Source: Ophelia neglecta (taxonomy: Eukaryota). Taken from it: DNA of 64,000 nucleotides. The DNA lies in NCBI GenBank assembly GCA_965285935.1, contig OZ260661.1, positions 112,096,001-112,160,000 of the forward strand. The letters are read 5' to 3'. The position numbers were made by a program, and so were the translations under genes. Positions 25,701-39,250 of the stretch are shown here, piece after piece. The notes beneath the pieces were generated by a model that saw only the letters and a program-made list of their open reading frames with translations, was not told the origin of the DNA and ran no database searches. How positions within the stretch are numbered: the stretch's first letter is position 1; every line of letters begins with the position of its first letter.

Positions 25701-28700
25701 TTGCCTCATCGGACATCGGATGTCATTGTTCTTGAGAGAAGTCCATTAACTTTGGATTTTTATTCTAGTAAGGCATTCACTGCCGACTTTTCTGTTTTAA
25801 TAAATCAAAGGCATTTTGTATAAGATATATCAAGAGCCATAAAACACAGGGATAGGGTTAACAACCACAGTGAAGGGTTTAACAACCACAGTGAAAGAGT
25901 TAACAACCACAGTGCAAGGTAAACAACCACAGTGAAAGGGTTAACAACCACAGTGCAAGGTAAACAACCACAGTGAAAGGGTTAACAACCACAGTGCAAG
26001 GTAAGCAACTACAGTGAAAGGGTTAACAGGTTAACAACCATAGTGAAAGGGTTAACAACCACAGAGCAAGGGTTAATAGGGCTATGTGCAGTGTAATGGT
26101 AAAAACCAGTAGCAGTAGACTGTGCAATAAAATAAGGTGAACAATTACCCTTATCTGTTAATCTAAGTGGTCATATTGAGTGGTTTTCTTCTGTGCCCCA
26201 TCTGTCAAACCCTGGATTATTCCAAATCAAACCAATTCAATGGTAGTCTGCTTTTTGGGGATTCTCTAGCTAATGCTGCATAATTTCCATACATTCCGTC
26301 TAATCGAATCCTCTTTGATCCGTTTGAGAACCATTGGGCTTGAAAATTTGGATTCTTTGTCATTCTCAGTGTGCTTTTGGTCTCTCCATCTCCTTTACTT
26401 GATGGTGGTTTGTTATTTTATCTGTGATGCTGTTTAGAAAGAATGATATACCTGCCAAACAGTTATATAGAAAATGAGTTGGCACTTACCCCAGTCCTCT
26501 TTTTGAGGTTGTTGAGGTGTTTGTTGAGATATTATGCACCCAAACATGGCAACTTTTGTAAAACATGAAATATTTCTCTCCACTTAATTACTTATTCATG
26601 AATAACAGGGATTGGGCACATATTAGGTGGAAGAAAATTACATGCCACTCTATTGCAAAAATAACCTGCACACAAATTAAATGTTGCCCATGCTGTGAGA
26701 ATTTAACATTTTATAGTATGTGCATTTGTTTACACACTAAAATTGTACAGTGCTTTACTAGGAATTTTCTGTCATGAACAGAGGGATGTCTAATGGTCTA
26801 CCAATACAGTGAGTGAGGGATCATGGACTCCTAGTTGAACATGGTTTGACCCGTCTACTTTGTCTTTAGAGCTGAGCCAGGTCAGGGTTCAACATGAACG
26901 TGTACCTACTCTCCTAGACAAGTAATTCAGATCTCTGGACATGTAAATTTAGTGTGTTACTTGTCTTGTGCTGAGATCAAGTGAAGTTTTCAAGACAATG
27001 GAACCAAAACTCTTTATAAAGCCATTTTCCAGGTCAATTTGGCATGTACTGTTGAAACAGACACAGTCGCTTGTACAGGTACATTAAAACCTTTTGTATT
27101 TAACCCCCCCCCTCCCCTCCCCCTCCCCTGATACCTTACAATAGTTGCCATTATATGCTTCAAATTATGATTTCTAGTGATACAAGTCATAATGATTAAA
27201 TTCATAATTTGAAATTTGCCATTATGATACTTGAGACTTCATCTAAGGCAAATATTCACTGTTCTAAGTTCCTCTGAAAGTTTGTGATGAGAAATTAAAT
27301 TTCTCGGTAAAAATACATATATTGCATGCCATGAAATTTTTCTTTTAAATATGCCAACAATTATGATCTCAGGCAAAGGAGTGGGGCATACTGGTAATGT
27401 TAATAATTTTAATACAGCTTATGGTCTGACCACGAATGCTAATGCTACTTGTACCTGTGTACAATCATGGTCAATGAATATACATATCTGATAATGTTCA
27501 TTTGTGGCAACAATAGTTAGCATGGTTAGTGATTGATAAGTGTTGACGATGATCAGTCACTTCGGGAATATCATTATTATATGTCAAAAGATTACCCAAC
27601 AGACCAATTATTGTGAGAAGATAGTGAAAGACCACACACACAAATAATGGTTGATGCTGATCATGTGGATCATTTGTCAAACCTTTTAATTCATGTACAT
27701 TTATTTGTTGCAAAGGTCACCACATGAAGTGGTCAATATATGTAATTAAGTTCCCTACCGATAACAAATTATGTGCGTCATTGGTCATTCCTAGACTGGT
27801 CATTAGTTGTCATGACGATCACTCATACATAATATGTAGTGCAACAGGTGTTATGTACCTGCTAACAAACTTATCATAAAATTGTGGCATGCGGTTCATA
27901 ACCATTGAAAATTTAAAATAAAACCTGTGAATTTTAACTTGTCATGGCTTGGTATACAGAATGTATTGCTTAGCTGCTTACAACAGTTAAACATGTGTGT
28001 GTGTGGGGGGGGGGGGGGGAGGGGGGTTTTATACTAAATTCTGACAATTTGTAGGTAAATTGTTTACAGGGTCCTAGTTGATCATAATCTGTAGTCATGA
28101 GATTGACAGGTTAATCATGATAAACAGATATTATCAATGATTTGTACCCAGTTATGTAATCACAGATAGATCAATATTTAGGCACAGCAATAGTTTAAAC
28201 ATGACGCCCAACTTACAGTGAAACCTGGTCAAAAGGGCACCTGGAAATATGGGGCACCTGATAATAAGGGATAGCTACATTAGGACCCAACATATCGTTT
28301 TATATGTACAAAAAAACCTTGAAATAAGGGGCACCTTAGAAAACAGGGCACTTTAACACAGTCCCTTGCCTATCCCTAATTTCCAGGTTTCACTGTATTT
28401 CCTGAAAATGAGGCAAAAAAAGGCATTGAACTTTGACCCAGGGGATTGTGCTAAATGATCTCTGGTGGAGCCTTTAGCACCATCACACATAATTTTACTA
28501 TAGAATAATTCACTACCTTATTTTGAATTTCTCTCTCATTAAAATTGGAAATATTGGTGGAATTTAGTAAATAATAGGGTTCAAGGGCAAAGGGGCAAAT
28601 CGTACTTTTGACCCCACTTTCGTTGATATTGAACTCAAAAAATATATTTATCACTCTTAGAATTTTTTTTACTCTTTTTTCTTAATGTATACCCTTTTTT

Positions 28701-31700
28701 ATGCAATCATACGCCAGTTTATGAAGGAAATGAGCAATATATTATTAAGTTAAACATGTTTTGGCATAATGATAATGATTGTGATTCTGTTGATCTGGGT
28801 TAGCTATTGTGCAATATAGGAGCCTTTTTGCCGGCACCCTCCCCTGTAATAGACTACCGGTATATCAGAACCAACTGTCTGATGTGTCTTGTTATTGGCA
28901 TATCAGAATTTAGGATTCAGTGAGTTACTGGTACATGTGTATGTACAGTAAAACCTGCCTTAAAGACCACCTCTATAATCAGACCACTTGTCAATTCAGA
29001 CCACTCAAATGAGGACCATGTTGTATACTTTCCATGTTAACTAACCTGTCTAAACAGACCGACTCCAAAATCAGACCAAGACTTTCCGGTCTCTTTGGTG
29101 GTCTTAATTCACAGGTTTCACTGTTCATGTTATACCTTTAGGTTAAAAAAACATCAGGGAAAATATGACATATAACATTGTTTTATCAATTTTGTGTTCG
29201 CAGTAAAAGGTTAGCATACTAGTATTAATGATCGAGAATGCGATGATTATGGTGATAAAGGTTCTTTATTTCAATTTTATTCTATTTTCATTTATAACTT
29301 ATTAAAGCTGTTGCCATTAATGTACTAATTAATAAGTATATAACTTATAGCTGTAAATTTGATGCATTGGCATCACATTTTTATGCTTATACAGTGTATA
29401 TTTGGCTGAAAAACAAATTTTAGGTACATGTACATGTATACTGAAACAGTTAAAATTTGCTCTTTTTTATTATTTCAAGAGATCAATTATGCAATCATTT
29501 ATATTGATTAAAAAAATATACATCAATGAAAAGACTATATTACTTCTTTTCAAAAATATTGTGCAATCTGTTACTAAAAACCCATCTAATAGTGTTTTTT
29601 TGTAAAATGCAGACTGGTGTTCTTTTATTTTTTTGGTAAAATTATCATTTAATGTTAGCATCATACAGATATGATCTTACCTGTTTTGTGTAATTAGTAA
29701 TTATCATTTTTCATACTGTTTGCAAAGTATCAGTCCTTCTAGTCTTGATGAATTACACATATTTGTTCATTGAAATTGAAGGAGTAAAAAATTAGCAACT
29801 CTTCAAAAATGTAGGGCCAGTATTGGCAAATTTTTCTTCACGACAAATGATGAGATCTTGGTATTTGTACGATTTCTGTTGGCTGCTCTTGTGTAACAAA
29901 GCATGGATGAAGGGCAAGGCATAGACTATCACCCTGGCTGCGAGGCAGTAAATGATACAGATGAAACATTAAGAGCTTTAGGTGCAGTGCTAGTAACTGG
30001 GGTAAATTGCCTTCCAAGCAAACCAAAATTTCTGGCTAGTAGTAAAAAAATATTGGTAGCCCGGACTTTTACTCACCCAAAATTAAAGACAGGAAATTAA
30101 TCAATAAACCTGCTTTTTTGTCTGTGCTCTTGAACAATTCACAGAGGTATGAACATGTTGTTTTACTACATAGGACATCAGGTACTACGTAAACATAATT
30201 TTGCCAACCCATGTGAGTGTCACCATCCAGATCAATAGTATATTAACCATAAAATTATGTTTAAACACTACATTGTTGATTTAAATAAAAAATTAGCAAA
30301 GGCCTGCCCTTAATTAATCATTTTGTTTCAATATCATGATTTTGTAGATATAAGAATTTGACTATATTAGAAACTTTGATCAAGAAAATAGTATCAATAT
30401 ATAAAATCTTGAAACGGAAATGAATATTGCCTGTAATAGAGAACCTGCCCAATCAATAAGCAGATGTGATGATACTGGTCTCAAAGAAGTATAAGCAATA
30501 TTCACTAGAGTGCTCACTAGATGGCTGAGCAGTAATCCCACAGCATCTGGGCAGAGTAGGCCTAAATTACTCTCGACAGCATAGGTGTCGCCACCTGTCG
30601 TTGCATGCTATGACAACAGTGGCATTGCATTACAGTAGTTTGAATTTTAGGTCTATTAGTTTAGGATTAGGTGTTAATAGTATTATGAAGTGTAGATACA
30701 ATATATGCTGGACATGTATAAAAAGCACACCAGACATGCCTGTAAAACTTCCCAAACTTATTGGAAAAATTCGTATCATGTTATGCTGCCACAATATGCC
30801 CCTACAAGCAACCACAACTGTTTTCTTATAGCTCGGTTATGACTGGTAAAATGTCTGGAGTTCTTTACAAATTATTGGACATTACAGATTTCAATTGACA
30901 AACGGCCGCTTGTAAAACCCAGCAAAAAGCTGAAAACAATAACTGTAGCATCATAAAAATTCATGGCCTAGCTTATACTTGTGTGTCATATGTACTAGTG
31001 AAGTGGCATTTTAATTTAGCCCTGCAACAATCATGATTCAGGGGATTTTAGCTATATATAAGAATATGACACTACCTCAGAATTACTAGATAGTGCATAT
31101 TTGCATTGCTATGACATCACTGTACGGTAAAACTTGCCCTTAAGACCACCTCTATATTCAAACCACCTGTCAATTCAGACATCTAATAGGAAGACCTGAT
31201 TTTGCATTTCAGTGTGGGTTCCTCATGTGGTGTAGCCACCGACTCTGAACACTAATCACTACATATTTGGGTAGCTATGACATTCAGTACATGCATGGGG
31301 CAAGGATGTTGCCTACATTTTTCCATTTTTCCATTTGTCTCAACAGACCACCTCTGTAATCAGACCAGTATTTTCCAGTTCATGGGTTATCTACATTCAC
31401 AGGTTTCACTTTATATATTAACATATTTCTGAAATATACGCACCTTAATATTCACCCTAATAAGGACAGATCTTGTCTACCCCGCATTTATCCCGCACCT
31501 GAAAAATGAGGTCATAGACAGAGAAATTTTGGTGGAAATATATCAATCTACATGTATTCTCTGGGATTTCCCCCACTTAATACAATATGCCGTTGGAAAT
31601 TTTAACTGCCAATAAAGCCAGACAATAAATACTTACCAACCGCAATGTGTTGTTTATTTAGGTGTTTGCTAGGCAAAGCATAGATACATGGATCACTTTG

Positions 31701-34700
31701 TGTTCAACTGGTGTCAGTATAATGCACTAATGAGAGACCTCCAACTTGCAATCAGGTCCTGGCCTGCCCAAAAATATGGCTGCTGAATTTTGACTCAAAA
31801 GTTGCACCTTAAGCAAAAATTCCACTCATAAGTCAATCACAGTTTTACCAAGGCTACTCTGCCTATTATGTACATTTGCTCAAATTCTATCTTTGGGCCA
31901 TAGTGGCAAACAGTGAAAACTTAAAAGAATATACGGTAATTAAACAATTAAACTTTAATCTGTTCTATATAGCTAGCCATGCATTGGCTCTGAACAATAT
32001 AAGTACACGCTACATGTAATGCGGGAAGTTTGCTATGCAGGTTCCTCGTGTGGTGTAGCCACTGAATCTGAAAACTGAAAAAATACATATTAGGGTAGCT
32101 ATTACATTTAATTCAGTTGATGCATGGGGCAAGGATGTTGCCTACATTTTTCAACTTTATTTGCAAAAGTCCACAGTTGTCTCTTGATATGATAGCTCTA
32201 TCATGGAATTCATCAGCCAAATATAACTGTGAGCTTTCAGAAGTTTACAACATTTTGTAATAAAAGTTCTTTATCGACATTTTTGGATCCTGTTATGATT
32301 GATGGGCAATTCACTGAATTATCACCCACCAGGACAATTCTGGCTAATCTGAGAAAACTTGAGAAATTTTAGTATCTGTCCATTTTCCGCACCTCCAAGA
32401 TTATTTACTAGTTATAACTTTACTTATTTCTGATCATACACGTGGAAAGACAGTATTGATAGGAAAAATGTGAACAGACCCTTTCTTTTCATAAGTTATT
32501 GCATCTCTCAATTAAACTGTCTAAACAATTTATCAAATGATTTATTATATGTTCATCTGGGTCTACTTGTGAAAGGCACTGAAAGCTATAAGTCCCAGAT
32601 GTAGGAATATTAAATTCCACCTGACCCTGTCCCTAAAACTCATTGCATATCTAGAATGTGCCTCAACACCTGCAGTAAGACACCTTTTGTAGAAAGCTGG
32701 TCCATCTATATTTATGGCCCTTTGCTTTATGTCCGAATGTTCAGCTAGACCTTTATGGTCTGAAGCCTGTTACCCTCAGCACTATACAGCATCCAGGACT
32801 GTAAAACCTTAATTATTAACACAGTGACAAGAGGCAGGCGCCAGCTGACACTTAAGGAAGTACAGTAGTTATTTATTTAATAAGGGGACACAAGATGGAT
32901 TGCGGAAATTTATGTCTTGCAATTTTTTTTGCTCTTAAGGCCAATCTCAGTGTTGTCTCAATGAAAGAAGAACACTATTTTTTATGTAGTTAAATTTCGA
33001 ACCAATGCCAAATATGTCGTATTCTCTCATGATCATTGCTAGGGACTGATTATTTTACAATTGCCTTCTCTTGAAAATAAATTTTGTATATATATGTATG
33101 TATATCAGCAGGCATATTCATAAAATTCTTATACTGATAGAAATAAACTGAATAAGAAGTGGTATTATGGCTCATTTTAATACAGCCATGGTGCTTCTTA
33201 TCTCATCTATCTCCTCTCATCTCAGCTCATCTCATCTTTATTGCTGTAAGGCTACTTTCTTTATACTAAGAAGTGACACAAGGGAAAACGCATGATCTTT
33301 TTGGCAACTGAGATGCACTCAAAACCTAGATGCAGTTGTGATTTTTATAAAAATGAACGGCAAAAAGAACATTTTCTTGATGGTCAAAACATGTCTTTAA
33401 GTCCAAACCTGACTGACTGGGTTCTGTGATGCATAATGAGATATATTCCAAGTGAGTAACTTAGTGTATGTTTTACAGTATTGAGCATCTGATTTCATTG
33501 TTCTTCGCAGTGGAATCTTTTCGAGATTAAATTGTTTACAAAGGCAGCTGGTCTGTTTAGAAAAATTCAGAATTTTAAGTATTTGTGATGCATTATGGAA
33601 AATTAGTATATTTTGAAAAGTGATTTCATTTACCCAAACATTGAATAAATTTGTAATGAAATTAATAATAATAAAGGACAAGTGATATCACCTGCATGAG
33701 AAGACGTGTGCAGTTTACCATGATGCAAGTTGGAAGGCAAAACAAACGAGTCAGTGATCAGGGTAGGACTCAGATGAAATGTGCCCTAGGGGAGCGCATT
33801 TTTATGACAATGTTTTGAAACCCCATTCTGGTACTTAAAATATTTTGCTTCCAAATTGTACTGCAAGAACAATAGTATGACATGACAAAAATGCCTTATT
33901 TATTTAGTGTTGGTCTATTCTGTAATGCATACAATATGTGCTAAGGCAGTTAATTCACTCAGTTAGAAATATCACACGAACTCAGCCTTGGGCTTCATAC
34001 AGCTCATGATATAATACCCTTACCATATTGTATATCTGTTGAATATTTAGGAATAACGCTTGAGGTTAACATACTTTATTAAGTTCCTTGTCTCAATTCA
34101 ACATTTAGTTTATGAAATGTTTCCTGTGATACAGATTTATTCTGATAATAAAGGCACAAATTGAATTTAATGGAGATGAGTTTTCTTTATAATTTATTGA
34201 TATTGACATAAGCTGCACATCAGCGGTATTCCCACTGAAGTTGCCTGCAACTGCAGACAAACTCAATCACTGAGTGACATGGGTAAAGCCTGAATTTGAG
34301 GCATTCATTAAAGCCCATGAAAAACCCCCAAAAGACCCATTCATGTTAAGTGGACATGTATTTTCTTTCAGTTGATGTCATGTGATGACACACAAGTCCC
34401 ACATCTTCATTAATTTTTGAAGTGCTAAGCATGCTTAGAGCTACAAAAACCGGACTTCAATTTCCTCCAGCCATACCTGTCAAGTATTTTTGTATAAAGC
34501 AGGGTAAATTAATACATGAGCATAAATACCTGCCAATAAATGTCCTCTGGAAGAAAAATGAGATTGCACACTGGTGACAGATGAGACCCAATTATTCAAA
34601 CAGGCACTCTTGGGAATGGCATAAGGTGAAATACACTAAGAAGGTCTGGAACAAGGGCTGAAAAGTCGGGGCTGGGGGCACTTTGGGAGAATATGTAGTC

Positions 34701-37700
34701 ATGTCCATGCAAAAGTATGCCGAAAAGGGAATTTTGACCCAATGACCCATGCTGACCCATGTTCAGATGATATTTTTCAAGCATTTTGGAAGAAAAGGGG
34801 TAGGTTTTTAGGCTCAAGGTTGGAGTAAAGGTTCCCTATTCCTTGTTAATTCCGGCTTTGCTGACCTGGTAGTCGCCATGTTTTTTCCAAATTAGGAAAG
34901 AAGTACATGTAGTTCGAAATTTTAGTCTAACTGCAGTCCTGTTTTCCTGGTAGGGATCCTTATTACCTGTATACCTGGCAATGTCTAGCAATCATGTTTG
35001 TGGGTATCTTTTCCGGTTGGTCTGCGATTAGGGTCATAATTAATTCAACAAATCTAGGTCAGTGTTTAGGGTAAGATTTGAATTTTATGTACAGATATGA
35101 GTACATAGCAAATTTATTTAGAGCAACCCCCCAAGGCTGAAACTTGGTAGAAGATGTTTTGGATTCGGAAATATTTTAACAAATGTGTAAATGCATGCAA
35201 AATTTATAACTGGTTGTAGCTTTAAACCTTTGATCAATAAATTAACATGTCGGGTTATTAAAATAGTAATACTGTGTAGTTAATGTCCATATAAGTAGCC
35301 AATACCAAGAAGGAATGGAGATTGAGGCCAGCTTTACTTGCCAAGGCTTTCCTTTCTACCAGGCATTGGCTGCTTGTGTGGACATTGACTAATGTTAAGT
35401 ACAGGTTTAGTCAGTTGAGCTATGAGTAATTGATATCTGGAGGTGTCAAGTTGTATTGGTGTTAGAAGTTCATGATGTAAATCGCGATTTTATTATGGCT
35501 ACGCGGACCTGTTCCTTATAAGCTTATTTCATTTCTGAAGGCCATTAGTTACCCTGCTCACTTTTCCTTATCTACATTGTAATTATCTACTACCCCAATC
35601 AGGGAACAAATGAAAGCTGGCAATGCAGGGTAGCCACTCATTGGTGGCAGTAGGTAATACTTCTCAGTGGAACACCTGATGATGGCAAATGCCAATGTCA
35701 TGATTATGTTGCAACAAATATTATGTAACCCACTGTAACATGTACTAGCGTAATCTTACTCATGCTGTACAGAAGTACAAATTAAATGAGGTGGTTTGCA
35801 TTGATAAAAGGCCTATATTTGCAGTGATATTTTTTAACCATTTTTAGTTTTTTATTGTAAATGTACTAGAGTTCTTAGCCAGTACTTGCATAACCATCAT
35901 TGAAACCCTGCCATAATTAAGTCCACATATTAATTCAAGGGATGAGATGTTCATATATATTATGAGCTCACTCTCCAGGGGGGGGGGTCCACTGCATCAA
36001 AATCCACTACACTACTTAAGACTTATTGCCTATATATCATCATATCTAAATGGGAAGTCACTAAGCATGGTTTTTGAGCAATACTGACATGCTTTAAGTA
36101 GGTATATGAGCCATGTGTACACACTGTCAATGTGCTTACCCCTTAACTCCTTTATTGGGCCAAGCTAGTTAAGGGGGTGTTGGCATACTACTTACGGTAA
36201 TTAGTCACCTATTTGTACTCCGGCTAAAATAACCCTGAGAGTCGACACTCGGTATACTCAAATAATGCTAAAATTAACTTGGAAAGGCCTCTCCTTGTAG
36301 GATGAAAGTGATAGGTTACTGATGCTGAATTGGTGCTGCCAGTTCCCTGGCTATAACAATTATACTCACTGCTTGGGTACATTTAGGGCCATATTTCATG
36401 ACAGCCTTTTATTCATACCTGTCAAAAGTCCATTTGTAAAGAGTGAGCTGTACACTCGGATCATGGTCTCCACAATTCCATCAGGGTTTATCTCTGTGGA
36501 GGGACTGGTGATGGCACCCTGATTATACGGACAAAAACGACAAGCCACTGTAGTGGCCACCGGGACAATGGGCTGAACCATGTGGACAATGGAACCACTG
36601 GTGTTCTGAGCAAAACAACCCAGAGGTTAATATGAACCAATACAATAGATAAAGAGATTTCATTTGAGATGCACCTAAATGTAATTTATCTGGATACCTT
36701 GAGGGACAACAGAGCCAGAGACCAGCGGATGGACTGGATGGACTCGGTGGCTTACAATGCCTAACGCTTGTAGCTTTGGTCTGCTATTGATTACTGCAGC
36801 CGTACTACAATCTCCTGTTGATGGTCAGTTAGAAAAGCATTAGGCCATAATGGTTTCCTCCAACATACCTAGAATGGACCAGCTAATACATCAGGCCTCG
36901 TCGGTCCATAAACCACAACACCTTCAACTGTACTTGCCTGTTCTTTAGGCAGTAGTTATTGTTTATGCCCCCCTGAAGATGAGTGCTTGAGACTGTGCAG
37001 GAATTAGTTCAAAGAACAATTATTGATTTGCTCAGAAAGCAGCCTTCTCACATTGTCAGCTGCTGCACAGGGTTGAACACTGCAATATTATTTTATATTA
37101 TATAGGAAAAAGTAGCAAAGTAAGCAATCCTAATTTAAAATGAAAAATTGGCTGTTATTTATCATGTTCATAATTTGGATAATGTCAGATGATAGAAGAC
37201 AATAAGGTCAGCGTAGCGCTTGACCAATTTGTAAGATCAAAGAGCTAGTTACTTTTAATCCTACCATTGATAGTGTCATCTGCTCAGCTGTCTCATTAAG
37301 TCAGCAATTACCTCATTATACTTCCAGCTACAGATGACTTCGCTGTATTTATCATCCTTGCTCACATATACTCAGGATCTGTATGGGCAAAGATCGGTAA
37401 AGAGCTTTTTTGTGGCCTGCTGGTATTGATGAAATGTGTGGGCTTCAAAGATGGAACAAAAAGTAGACTTAGTTGATCAGAAAATACAATAGCAACCCTT
37501 TAGTGAAGACATCTGCTACTTTTAATTGTTATATTAATAATTATCTTAGGGAAAAACAAGCAGTTTGGAAAGGTATATATACACTATAGCATCTGAATAG
37601 AAGACATTAAAAAACCTAAGAGATAAAGGGTTTGTTTATTGAACAGTGAACTGTTCACTCATTTTACTCCTGCTAAACAAATTGGCAGGAAAAAATATCA

Positions 37701-39219
37701 TCAGCTGGTGCATTGTGTCCATCCATTTGTAAGTATGCATGTCGTCTCCAGAGAATTAAAATCTCTTAAACTACTGGGTAAATTTTCACTATATTACACT
37801 TGAATTATTTGTTTCAAGATCAGGTCTCCTAAACTAAGGGACAGATTATGACCATAACGTACTTGTGCCATTTGTGGAAACTGTAATTAGGTCCATTTTT
37901 AGTGATGTTCTGGGAAAAGTCTTTCATTTCAAATTATAGCTTTATTACTGTGCTATGGATGTTTAGGGGTGGTCTGCTTACAAGGGTGGTGATGTGGCAG
38001 GGATATTACCCATCCCCCTCCCACGTGGTGGCTTACTTTGGCTATAAGCAAGCTAAAACAAGGTTATTTGTACAACCAATGGCCCATAAAGAGGGGGAAC
38101 TCGATTGTTAAATCAAACTCAGCTGCTGCTTTAGAAATAAAATAGGGACGGCAGACTGTAGTATAGAAGGTATATCTTCAAAACTTCTTATATTAGTGCA
38201 AAGAGAAACTGATGTAAGTTGTGTAGTATACTCTGCCTATATGCTTCACCCACATTACAAATTGGAGCCATTTAAGCTTCCATGGAAAATGCATTTCCAT
38301 GTGTCCAATGTAAAAAAAAAATTGGCAACAGATCTCACACTGCAAATTAAAAATGTGTAAATAAATTGTATTTTTGAGTGTTACCGTGCCGTCTGCCTTT
38401 GCACAGCAGAATGAGTCACAAATTGGTTCTGCCTGTTAGTAGAAATTATTGATCACAAAAGGAAATTTTATCATTGACACTTGATTGTGTGTGGGATAGA
38501 CCAGTTGATTATACATGTGTGCAAGGTCTGTAGCCTTTTGGTTTGATATCATGGTAGCATATTAAGTAAAGCAGATCTACCGGTAGATTTCCATAGGAAA
38601 CTTAGTATATCGTGCAGAAAATAGCATCGCAGGCCGCACTATTATCTTAAATCTACAGTTTCAGAATAATGATGTTTAAAATCTCAGCTAAAATAGTCTT
38701 TTTCCTAAAAATGCTTGTACTAATCCAGAAAGAGACAGAAAGCAAAAACAAAAGTCTCATATACTTTTTGATTGTTTAAAATTATTTCCCCTATTGCTCC
38801 CCTCCCTCCCCCTCCCCTCCGCTCCCCCAACTCATATTTTGTTCAAATTATTGCAGGTAAAGACACAGCATGAAAAGGTTTTATATGATCAAAGTATATT
38901 TTCAACTAATTTCATATGAAATAAAATTACCACAAATCCTCCAGACAATTGTATGATTAATGTGCAAGCAGCTGATTACAGTTTGATCTGTGTAGTAATC
39001 CATGATTTTTGTTTGTTTTCACAGCCTTGAATCTGCAGGATGATGTCGCTGGTGCTACTTTCATGGCTGCAGGCAGCTCAGCACCTGAACTGGCTACTAC
39101 AGTAATCGGTGTCTTTGTCACTAAGGTGGGAGGACGTGACAGTAAAACATGAAAACACATTTAAACTAAAATAATGGAGTTCTAGATTTACTAACCAATG
39201 AAATTAGATTCACAACCAA

Positions 39220-39250
<31 letters not shown>

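Noticed and set aside
26835-26893. miRNA-like hairpin
   Set aside because: Only the outer 7 bp and one 5-bp block pair; too many bulges.
36970-37000. Hammerhead ribozyme core (CTGAAGA)
   Set aside because: No GAAA or closing stems; the other CTGATGA hits I checked also failed.
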